64,000 bases of DNA. It comes from Octopus vulgaris. Its lineage: Eukaryota. The position numbers and the translations under genes were made by a program. Below the pieces are notes generated by a model. That model was not told the DNA's origin, did no database searches, and was given only the letters and a program-made list of their open reading frames with translations. Position 1 is the first letter of the stretch. Each line of letters opens with the position of its first letter. Of this stretch, positions 13,275-24,779 are shown piece after piece. Location: the NCBI GenBank assembly GCA_951406725.2, contig OX597820.1, positions 47,244,001 to 47,308,000 on the forward strand. The letters run 5' to 3'.

Positions 13275-15795
13275 GAATATAGCTTAGTCACCCATATAGT
13301 TAATAAGGTTATTCAGGAAGGCACCATCTCCAATGACTGGTGTAGTAGTATTGTAGTTAGCTGCTACAAGGGTAAAGGCAATGCCTTAGATAGAAACATC
13401 TACAAAGGTATTTAACTGCTAGACCAGGTCATGAAAGTTACTGAGAGGGAAATAGCTCAATTGATTAGGAATAGAATTAAACTAGATGAGATCAAGTTTG
13501 GTTTTGTACCACAGATGTCATCTTAGTGAGATAGCCGCAGGAAAAGTACTTGGCCAAAAGTAAGCCATTGTACTTAGCCTTTATTGACCTGGAGAAAGCT
13601 TTCAACAGAGTTCCCTGCTCTGTTATATGGTGGTCTCTAAGGAAGTTAGAGTAGAGGAGTGACTTGCTAGAGTTGTACAATCCATGTATAGTGACACTGT
13701 CAGGTGAATACAGTGATGAATTTAACATACAGGTAGGGGTTCACCAGAGCTCATTTCTCAGCCCGCTCTTTATTTGTTATAGTCCTTCAGGCCATAACAG
13801 AAGAAATCAAAACTGGGTGTCCATGGGAACTGCTATATGGTGATAACCTTGCTCTGCAATAATGCAGAATTGGAGAAGAAATTCCAGGTGTGGAAAAAAA
13901 ACCTGGAATCAAAGGGCCTTAAAGTTCACCTAGTAAAGACCAAAGTTGTTAGTAAGAAAGAAGATAAAACTCTTTCTGTCAGGTAAATGACCCTGCTCAA
14001 TTTGGAGGAAAGGAGTTGGAAGAAATTCTATTCGCTGCATCCAGTGTAAACTATGGACACATAAGAGGTGCAGTGGAATCACAGATAGATTAACAGATAA
14101 AGTCGTCTTTGTATGTGGCAAATGTGCAGGAACAATAAGCACTAAGAACACACTGCACTGAGATTCTCTCAAATGCCCAGGAGCTCTTTTGAGGTTGTAG
14201 ATAGTTTGTTACCTAGGTGGCTAGATTAGCAATGGTGGAGGATGCTCAGGAAATATTGTTTCTGGAATAATAGAGTGGAGGAAGTTCAGAGAGCTATTAC
14301 CTCTGTTGGCAACAAAAGGACTTCTCCTCTTAGAGTGAAAGGTAGACTTTATGATGCTTGTGTGAAAGTGGCTACACACAATGGTAGTGAGACATGGGCT
14401 CTGACTGCAGAAGATCTGCATAGACTGGAGAGAAATGAAAGGAGTATACTCTGTTGGATGTGCAATATCAATGCGCATGAACGACAAAGAGCAAATGTAT
14501 TGAGAGAAAAGTTGGGCATAAGAGGAATCAGATGTAGCATGCAAGAGAGAAGACTACATTGGTTTGGACATGTGATGCATATGAGTGAGGACAGCTGCAT
14601 AAAGAAGTGCCGATCACTGAAAGTGGATGGTACCTATGGAAGAGGGAGACCCAGGAAGATGTGGGATGAAGTGGTAAGGACCGATCTCGGGATGTTCAGC
14701 CTCATGGAGGAAATGACAATGGACCAAAGTGTCTGGTGATATGAGGTTCATGAGAAGACCTGCCCACATCAACGAAACAGTTCTAAAAGTGCTGCTTCTC
14801 ACACACACACACACACACACACACACTACTCTAACAAACCAAACTACATCTCTACATTTTTTTTCTTCCTTGCATTTCCACTTCATGCACTATGCTTACC
14901 TCCCACTCCCCATCTTGTCACTGTATCACTGCTCTCCGCTAGTCCCTCTGACCTGTGCGTTCCACCCACATGCCCTGTCTCACTGTATTATTGCTATCTG
15001 CTAGCCCCAACCTCTGTATATACCTAAGTTTTCACCACTCACTCCCCTTCTGCACTCTCTAATCCTGCTTTTTTCGCAATATTCTGCCACTTATATTATG
15101 ATGCTTGAACCTTAAGAGTATGCTATGGCACTTACCACCATCTATATATCTCTCTTCCTTTACTCAATCATCCCATTTATTTTCTGATCCCTGTCCCTTG
15201 AGAGTATGTCTGGCACTTTGCCACCATCTCTATCCTGCTGTCTCCTACACTCTCACTCTCCTTCTCCTGCACTTCCCTCAGGTTGGGCAACCATGTATCT
15301 CCTTTGTGGCAGCACTCCTGTTTCTCACTTCATTCCTGATCTCTCTCTCTCCAGCCAGGTAACCTTGTACTTCCTCTACAGCAAGACTCTTGTTTCTGTG
15401 TCTCTGTCTCACTATAACCTTTCATCATCTGACATAAGATCACCTCCTCCAATGCCCCCTCCCCTCTCAAAAGATTTTTGTCTTGCAGGTTACTTGGTGA
15501 CCCTGTCAGTGCAGGTGCTACTTAAAAAGTACCCAGTCCACTCTGTAAAGTGGTTAGTATTTGGAAGGGCATCCAGCTGTAAAAACCTTGCTAAAAGTGA
15601 CCTTGCCTGTGCTTGTTCCATGTAAAGAGCATTAAGTCCACTCTGTTGAGTGGCTGGTGTTAGAAAGGACATCCAGCTGTAAAAATCCTTCCAGAGCAGT
15701 CAGAGAAGTCTAGTGCAGGCTTCTGCCTGGATAGCTCCTCTCAAACCATCCCACTCATGCCAGCATGGAAGGCGGATGTTAAATGATGATAATGA
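13275..15795 (+). mobile_element. 5'-truncated RTE-clade LINE: decayed reverse transcriptase, ~1 kb 3' UTR and (GAT)n tail
   Basis: Translated pieces DWCSSIVVSCYKGKG, YLAFIDLEKAFNRVP, LLYGDNL (decayed YADD), HNGSETWAL, RRLHWFGHVMHM and GRGRPRKMWDEVV; many stops and frameshifts. Confidence 0.92.
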
Positions 15796-16173
15796 TACAC
15801 ATATATACACAAGCACATACACACTCAATGAAATCTACTTCTTCCTGTTTGTTCGTTTGACCAGCTGGATTGTCATTTAACCAGAGGTTGATGTTAAGCA
15901 ACAGGTGTTCTACATGTAATGAAAAAACACTCCTGTAGGTTTCATTTGCCATTGAAATCTCATTTAAAAACAATCTGATGTTGAATGATTTATCTTGATC
16001 AAATCTACTGGCAGAGTGATTATTCTGGAACTTGTTCACTTCTTTGCTATTGTACTGAAATTTGATCTTATTTTTGACACTCTTTGTAGCCTGGGTCACA
16101 GTATACTGGGATCAGAAGGTAAATTTATAACTTAATAAATTTTGTGTGAGAGACTCGATGTGTTTAGTTTGTG

Positions 16174-16826
16174 CATAAAACAGGTAGAATATTTGGGCTT
16201 GATATAGCCAGTTTAAATGCTAAAAGGTTAACTGGTTTGTCACCATATCTCCCTTGAGATACACAGCATTGGTTTCAATTAATTTTGAAAATAATGAATT
16301 TCATAAATTGATTATCATTATGAAGCTGGTGTTTGTAACAAAAATTAACCTGAAATTTTGATCTAAGGTTTTAAGATCACTTTTAAATCAGGAAATTTGT
16401 ATAAAAAAACATGGACTGAAGCTCATTAACAACTGGTAGTGGATGTAGCAGGCTATCTTCATGGTATCTTCGCTTGAAAACATCAGTACCTGGTTTAGAT
16501 TGAACTTGGATGAATGAACTTCATTCTTGACCAAATGTAAGGTTCATGGTGTTTTTTTTAACCCTTTTGGTACCAAAATATCTGAAATTCTGTGTTTCTT
16601 CATACAAATTTTCTGTTAAGTGATCTTAAAAAACTTTATAACAAAAATTAACATGAAATTTTGATCAAACACCAACTTTATAATGATAGTCAATTTATTA
16701 AATTCTTCATTATTTTCAAAATCAATTGAAACCAATGTTTTTAATCTCAAGGGAAATATGGTGACAAAATGGTTAACCCATTAGCATGTAAACTGGCAAT
16801 ATCTGGCCCAAATATTCTGTTTTATG
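16174..16826. repeat. Inverted arrangement of two TTAA-MITE families (arms 16174-16335 and 16666-16826)
   Basis: The arms are reverse-complement similar, and each contains a TTAA junction between the two MITE families. Confidence 0.75.
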
Positions 16827-17039
16827 TTGAAGTTAGGTGCTCCCAACTTCTCACACTTACCCTATAATCATCATCATCGTTTAGCATCCGTTTTCCATGC
16901 TAGCATGGGTTGGACTAATATCTTTCTTAAACAATCAACCCATCAAAATCTTGCAGCTACAAGATTTCATCACCAAGGTTCCATGCTGACCTTTTGCCTA
17001 AATTAGAAACCATTGCTTTTAGCATATATTATAAAGCTG

Positions 17040-17965
17040 CAAAGTTGGGGAATGAGTTAATTAAATTTACCCTTGTTCTTCACTGGTACTGTATTTTATC
17101 TATCTTGAGATGAAGGAAATGTAAAGTTGAGATTTCAAATAAAAGCAGTGGTTTCTAGACAAGGCCAATGATTTTGAGAAAGTGGGTCAGTTGACTTAAG
17201 TACTTGGTTGGTACTTGATTGTATCAACTCCACAGGATGAGAAAGTTAAGTCAAACTCTGGTATTTGAACCCAAATCAAGTGCTGTCATAAAAGAATGTT
17301 TGATTTTCTAATTCTTCTACCAATTCATTGCCCTCTTAATAATAATAATAATTCTTTCAAATTTGGGTATAAGACCAGCAGTTCTTGAGAAAGTAGACAT
17401 GATGATAACTTCAACCTCAGTACTTGACTGGTATTTTAGTTTAGCAACCCCAAAAGAATGAAAGGCAAAGTAGATGAAGGTGGAAGAAATGTTACTGAGT
17501 ATTTTGCACAGCATGCCAACAATTTTATTGGCACAAGTCTGAAATTTTTGGGGAGAGTGGCCTAGTCAATTACATTGACCCCAGAGTTCAACTGATACTT
17601 ATTTTTATCAACTCCGAAAGGATGAAAGGAAAAGCCAGCCTCGGTGGAATTTGAACTCAGACAGACGACATACTTCTATGCATTTTGCCCTGTGTGCTAA
17701 TGCTTCTCTCACTTCACTGTCTTTATGCTTTAATAATAATAATCCTTTCTATTATAGGCACAAGGTCTGAAATTTTGGCCAGGGTTAGGGCATAGTTGAT
17801 TAGATTGACCCCAGTTGATAACTGGTACTTATTGACCCTGAAGGGATGAAAGGAAAAACCGGCCTTGGAGGAATTTGAACTCAGAACGTAAAGACAGACG
17901 AAATACTTCTAAGCATTTTGCCCTGTGTGCTAACATTTCTGCCAGCTCACTGCCTTTATGCCTTA
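17040..17965 (-). mobile_element. Head-to-tail cluster of about 5 tRNA-derived SINEs (Meta-domain-like) with (ATT)n tails
   Basis: Repeated units aataataatcctttc...ggcacaagg...ctggtactta...gaaaggatgaaagg...atttgaactcag...gccagctc. Confidence 0.8.
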
Positions 17966-18293
17966 ATAACAACAACAGCAATAATAATAATAAACTTATA
18001 AAGGACAGTGCTGTTAGGCACCCTCCTACTTTTCTCTCGTACTGCAACTTATCCTCTTCAGGGAGAAAAGAAATAATAAAAAAAATAGTTGGAATAAAAA
18101 ATGTAGTCTTAGCCTGAAAATAAAATGAGTTTGTTATAGCTGGAATGTTTTGCAAGATAGGGCTGCTGGATCAGGACTAAACATCAACAATAGCTGTAAC
18201 AGTGGTAGTAACAAGAATTTCCAATCCTGCTGAATATATTATTTATAAAATGGAAGGCAATATCACATTAGTGATGAGAGAGTGCAGCCACTG

Positions 18294-18319
18294 GTTGCTA
18301 TGGTAACTGAACTACGTCA
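18294..18319. promoter_or_regulatory. Candidate RFX X-box with adjacent CRE-like site
   Basis: GTTGCTATGGTAAC at 18294-18307 and TACGTCA at 18313-18319, in apparently non-repetitive sequence. Confidence 0.35.
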
Positions 18320-18624
18320 TCACACTCTGCATACAGTGTACTCTGTGAAGTTTGAGACAATGAAACAGTTCTCTGCTGCATTGGAGTTTATACCCAGGTT
18401 AATCCTGTGAGGTTGTATGATAAACCATTCCAACCATGACCATCCTGAATTTTTGGGAGTATCTAGGACTACATCATCTCCCATGTCTTTACGTATTTAT
18501 TTTTTCTTTTTAATATAGTAGGGTGTAATTTCAAGGCAGTTTGGCTGCTATTTCTAGTAGTTTGAATTACCTTGAGTTTTGCTAACAACACTTATCACTT
18601 TTGCTTCTCAATGAAGCTGCATGG

Positions 18625-18923
18625 GTGAGTGTCTTCTGCTATAGCCTTGGGCCAACCAAAGCCTTGTGAGTGGATTTGGTAGACGGAAACTGAAAGAAGC
18701 CCATTGTATATATGTATATATATATATATATGTTTGTCCCTCCAACATCACTTGACAACCGATGCTGGTGTGTTTACGTCCCCGTAACTTAGCAGTTCAG
18801 CAAAACAGACTGATAGAATAAGTACTAGGCTTACAGAAAATAAGCCCTGAGGTCAATTTGTGCGACTAAAGGTGGTGCTACCGCATAGCCACAGTCAAAT
18901 GACTGAAACAAGTAAAAGAGTAA
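18625..18923 (+). mobile_element. SINE family A, 5'-truncated
   Basis: Matches other family A copies through to gaaacaagtaaaagag. Confidence 0.85.
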
Positions 18924-18924
18924 G

Positions 18925-19662
18925 CATTTAACATTCAGATTAATCTGTCAAAAGTAATGCTTCTTTATTCATATTGTTTTGAATTAATTACGTATTATCT
19001 AATAGGTATGAGATTTTGATGAGGCAACTGTAAATTTTTAAAAATGACATTGTAGGGTAAGGTGGGAGAAACCAGATCTAGCCAGTTTGAACTTAAAACA
19101 GGTAGAATATTTTGGCCAGATATGGCCCATTTAAATACTAAAAGTTAATCATGTATTATCTTGTAGCTTCAAGATTTTGATGTGATTGTTTATTTTTACA
19201 ATGACATTGTAGGGTAGGTGTGAGGGCCAGATTTGGCAGTTTTGATATAAAACAGAATATTCAGGCTTGATGGCACGTAAGAGAACCATCTGAACGTGGC
19301 GGTTGCCAGCGCCGCCCCGACTGGCCTCTGTGCTGGTAGCATGTAAAAAACACCATCCGATTGTGGCCGTTGCCAGCCTCGTCTGGCCCCCGTGCCGGTG
19401 GCACGTAAAAAGCACCATCTGATCATGGCCGTTTGTTAGCCTCGTCTGGCACCTGCGCAGTTGGCATGTAAAAAGCACCCACTACACTCACGGAGTGGTT
19501 GGCATTAGGAAGGGCATCCAGCTGTAGAAACACTGCCAGATCAGACTGGGCCTGGTGCAGCCTTCTGGCTTCCCAGACCCCAGTTGAACCGTCCAACCCA
19601 TGCTAGCATGGAAAACGAACGATGATGATGATGATAATATGACTGGTTTAAATGCCAAACTA
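18925..19662 (+). mobile_element. Two joined TTAA-MITE copies, the second interrupted by an RTE-tail element
   Basis: Full copy at 18925-19144, then TTAA, then a partial copy resuming at the family's internal TTAA site. Confidence 0.7.
19270..19635 (+). mobile_element. RTE-tail element family B
   Basis: Closely similar to 1645-2003. Confidence 0.85.
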
Positions 19663-20216
19663 TTAAGCAGAATCGGGCCCATCTGAGGGATGAACTAATG
19701 GAGGGACCTATGTAGTTTTTATGACCTAGTAAAAATAGCTACATCATTATGCCTCAATGTCTTAATAAAGGAAGGGTATATTGGGTAATGTTGTCCAAGA
19801 AACATTATGTTTGACTAAAGGACAAGATTTTCATGGCTTGGATATCGTTAATCATAAGTCTGCTGTATCTGGGTTGACCTGGGGTTAAGTACTAACAACA
19901 GAGATAGAAGATGAACTATTAATCTATACAAGTAATTATTAAATAGGATGTGTTTAGTGGAATTCCTGTTAAATACTGTTTTCTCTTATTTCCTCGTCAA
20001 TTGTGAGAGTTGACCTTTGACACAGTGGTGACTAACTAAATCTTTACAAATGAACTTGTTTATATGCTCACTCTACATAGGTGTGGGTATTTAATGTTGT
20101 ATAGCCAAAGGTTAGTACTGAAATGAGCAGATCTTTGATTATAGGTGATGCAGCTGTGAACCATCCCCATATTGGTATATTAAACCTATATTATTCCTTA
20201 ACCTTCCTCTTCATCC

Positions 20217-20459
20217 GTGCCGGTGGCATGTAAAAAGCACCAACTGATTTTGGCCGTTGCCAGCTTCCTCTGGCCCTTGTGCCAGTGGCACGTGAAATGC
20301 ACCCACAAGGAGTGGTTGGCGTTAAGAAGGGCATCCAGCTGTAGAAACACTGCCAGATCAGACTGGAGCATGGTACAGCCTCCTGGCTTTCCAGGCCCCA
20401 GTCGAACCGTCCAACCCATACTAGCATGGAACACGGACGTTAAACGATGATGATGATGA
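20217..20459 (+). mobile_element. RTE-tail element family B
   Basis: Same core and (GAT)n tail. Confidence 0.85.
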
Positions 20460-21327
20460 TTTAGCTGCTGCATCTAGCAAATTGAGCAACCACATAGAAG
20501 ATTTATCATTGGCTTAGACTTGGGCTCACAATCATACAGTTATGGGTTTAGTTCTTGGATCAGATGATGCATTGAGTCCTTGAGCAAGGTACTTTACGTT
20601 CCAGTCTCTTTGGCTAAAACTGAGTGTCAGCCTAATGGTGGTATAGTGCTCTCCCCCATTTACATGTATTATTTATGTCCTGAGTCAGTAGGAGAACCAA
20701 TGTAGTGTCTTATATCTGCACTTACATAGGCAGCTGAAACAATTAGTAAAAGCACAGTACATTTTACCAAGTCATTCTCCCTTGTGAGTGACAATTATGC
20801 TTGATTATGTGGAACAACACCATCTTTAGACTTGTCACTTGTAATGTATAGTTAGCATTTTACAAAGAAATATCTTGTTTATTGAGACTAGTCACTTGAC
20901 CCACATAAATAACTATTCTTCCACTATTTTATATGGCTGATTGCATTTAAAAGAACAAAAATTAAATTTCCTGTGATTTGCTGTGCTTGAGAAGACTTGT
21001 TAAGCTAAGTGAAATAACAGTTGTAAAAGGCACCACCCATGCTGGTGACACATAAAAGACACCCAGTGCACTCTGTGTAGTGATTGGGTCATAAAATCCA
21101 TGTGCAGAGTGTGAGAACAAATGAATTCATCGACAATTTAATTTCCAACTGATTTCAACTCTACCACCCCATTTATCTATCTTTAAAAATACTTTATTTC
21201 AGTTTTTCTCCACTGTATTGAGAATGCAGAGGTTAGTCCTTGGCCAGAAACAGCTGGCATCAGTAGGTTGTGCAAGGAGAACTTTGTAGTTAATTGTTTG
21301 ACAACAGCCTTTATGTATTGCCTTAAC

Positions 21328-21946
21328 TCAACCATAAGATTTAATCTGGTTACTGAACAATTATGAAATAGCCATATGTCAATATGTAAGCAACAGATAA
21401 CTAGTTTGGCAGTTACGCTGAAGTTCTGCAAACCCAGAGCAAGGTAGGTAACTCTGCATACTTCAAACTGCCGCCAATCTGACAAAAGTACAACACTTTA
21501 CAAGTGGCTATATAGGGCCTTGTAAATAATTATTCCAAACATTCCATCAAGGCCAGCAATGAAAATATATTTGGAAAACAAATAGTTTTTGAGTTTACTT
21601 GGTGAATTACCTTGTTCATTCATATTGATACAGCACTCCTTAAATTAAAAACCAGATGTACTGGGTTTCTGTTACAGTGCTTGATACTCTCTTATTAGTG
21701 GGCTGCAACCATACAAGGGTAATGCTTTAAGAGTTTTAGTCCCTCAAACTTCTGCAAGTTAACAGATTCTGATATGGACGCCTGTACAACACACAATAAT
21801 ACAGAGTTCCACGTATTCTACTGCTCTTTTTCTTTTTTTTTTTTAAATTTGCAGGGCAATATGAACTAACAAATCCATTATTATGGGGGTCAAAAAAAAA
21901 CCTAGCATGTAACAAGTACTCTCTCAACATTTTAATGTCCATTTGC
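21328..21946 (+). repeat. Direct duplication of 25927-26556 (~620 bp)
   Basis: Nearly base-for-base identical from caaccataagatttaatctgg to ttttaatgtccatttgc, apart from one ~13-nt indel and scattered substitutions. Confidence 0.95.
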
Positions 21947-24779
21947 CAAAACTCCTTCAAATCACATTCTACAAAGCTCATGCAAATAAAGATGTACCAA
22001 ACTGAGTTTCAGAGCTAAACATCCAAAGGCATACATTCTTGTAGGTCGTGTGCTGGTCTCTAAAACAAGTAGTAAAGGAAGGTATCACTACGACAGGCAT
22101 AGCAATATCATTGCAAACTACAAGGACAGACGAAACGCCCTGGAGAGAACCATCAAATTCATGGAGATGACAGCACAATTGATTATAAGAACAGCTCCTG
22201 TTATTATATGTTGTTATAGCCCTCTAGGACAAGCTGTTTGTAAGAACTCCCACATGCTTATTACATATTCACAGTTGAAGACTGAGAGATGTCCCTGACA
22301 AAGAATTAAATCTCTACAAATGCTCAGTAGGCCCACAAGGTGTCAGCTTTTGTTATCTAAGTAGCATAATTAACTGAGTGTACAAGATGTAAAAAGTCTA
22401 GGGAACCAATATCTTTGTTGGTAAACAAAGGGATTTTTCCTTAATAAATTTTAGTGAAGCTTATTTATGTATGAAATGCAATGCTGCATGTTAGTAAGGC
22501 ATGAACCTTGAATACAGGTTTACAGAATCTAGAAAGAAATGTAGTGAAATGCTCTGCGGAATGAAAAAGCAAGTTTGTGTGCAAGGGAGACAATTACAGT
22601 CATGAGATGGGTAGCTGATATATACGGAGGACATCAGTTGTACAAAGGGCTGAGCAGTTGAATTGGACGGTACTCGTGAAAAGGAGTAACTTTGGAAGAT
22701 ATGGGAAGAAGTAGTAAAGACCAATCTGAAGAAATTGAACCTCATAAAGACGGTAAGTAATTTGTTAGAGATAGCAGCTAAAGCAAAACAGTTCACCACT
22801 GGTTCTTTTATAGAATGTGTAAAATACTGCATTACCAAACAAGCAATTATGATATTTAGAAAGATCCAATACAATTAAATTTAGTCAACTAAGCATTTTC
22901 CTCCAGGTATGATGTATGCTTCACCCTCGCTGTACAGTACTAGTTATAAAACTCCCATGTCAGTCAACATAAGAACATTTCTGATCTGCTAGAAATAACT
23001 AGAAACTTCTCTGACATCACACCCAAATGTCAAAAAACCCCTACAAAGAAGTTGGTCCAAGAATATTCTTGTATGTTTTAACCCAAAGGCTATGGCCATG
23101 TTGAGGCACTGCTGGTAGTATACTGAATAAAAGAGAAAGTGAATGGTTAGGTTAACAGGTGAATATAATTCAACAAGAAAGTCTCTAAATGGCCATATGA
23201 TCTATAAGAAATATCAAATACGTCAACTACAAATCATGTCTTACTGTCTCTAAAAGAAACAGAAAGGAGGGTCATGACTGGAATGGCAAATAGGTATATC
23301 TGTTGAAGTAAAGCTACATTAAATATATGTAAAATATGAGAGACTTGCAGACACATTCTCTTTGGAAGCATGAGACATTAACACATTTGAACAATTGTGT
23401 ACATATATTTAGGGCAGTTGATTTTACAACTGGGAGCTTTGTTACTGGTAATCAATCATTAATATAGAGCAGAACCGGTTTTACAGTAAGGCTGTATATA
23501 GCATTAAGTAGAACAAGGCATTTTAGATGAGTAAGTTCTAGTTGTCAGCAGGAGAACCATTCATACAGTAAAAATCAGAAAAGTCTGATGTATTTCTTTT
23601 TCACATATGTATATATCACTAGTCATCAGGGTGGACAGTATTGCACTCATAATACTCAATTAAGAAAACCAAAAGGTAGTGTCAAATGCATTGTTACTTC
23701 TTTTGAGTGTTAGCTTCTGCTGCAGGGTGACAGACACACAAATACTATGTCAGAGTAGAAGGAATCGAGAAATGTTACATCATCATCCTTTAATGTCTAT
23801 TTTCCATGCTGGATGGTTTGACCACAGCTGGCAAGCCAGAGAGCTGTACCAGGTTCCAGTCTGATTTGGCTTGGCTTCTACAACTGGATGCTCTTCGTAA
23901 CATCAACCACTTTACAGTGTGTGCTGGGTGCTTCTAACATGCTACTGGCACAAATGCTTTTAATGTACTACTGATACAGGTCTCTTGCAGGCCAATCCAC
24001 TTCTGCTGTGGAGGTTGAGTCTTCTTGAGTATAGCAATGTGCCAGGTCTCTTGGTCCTTTGCCATCTTGTCTGAAAGGTTCAGCATTCTGAGATCGTCTA
24101 TATGACAAGGTCATTACTGATTACTCTATGGTTTAAGACAATCAAATCAAATGAAAACTATAAATAAATATGAGTTATAGGCAGCCAAATAGCAGACTCA
24201 CTAGTGTTGGATAGCTTACTCCCGAATCCTTTTGGGGTACAATTCCTTCTCTTACTGGGAGAATTCAAACTTCTGAAAATGACCAATGGTGTGGCCATTT
24301 TTAGACTACCCTTCTATATATCATAACAGTGCACTTAAAACTACAAGGAAAAGTTTGAGGACCCAAAATTATGCAAAGTGAATGAGTTATGTTAGCAGTG
24401 GATGTTTTGAAAACATAGTAAGGAGTCAGAATAAAAACATGGGGTGGGGGATTCAAGTGAGCAATTTTTGATGACAACAAAGGGATTTTGTCTCTGAATG
24501 AAGTGATGGCCAGATTTGTGTAAGATGGTTGGAAAGAAACGAGGCAGCACTGCACTGACTGTGTAAAGTCATTGTACAAAGATGGAACAAGTTTGGAGTA
24601 TGACAAGTGGAGTGTGAAATTGGTGGGATCTGAGGTGTGAGAAAAGTAGATGACAAGAGACTTCCTGCAGAACACCTGTTCAACCCATGCATGGAAACAC
24701 AGGTGTAAAGTGTTGATGATTTTCATTAATTTTCCCTATTTCTAGCTGTCAAAGATTCCACTGTAGGCATCACAGACAA

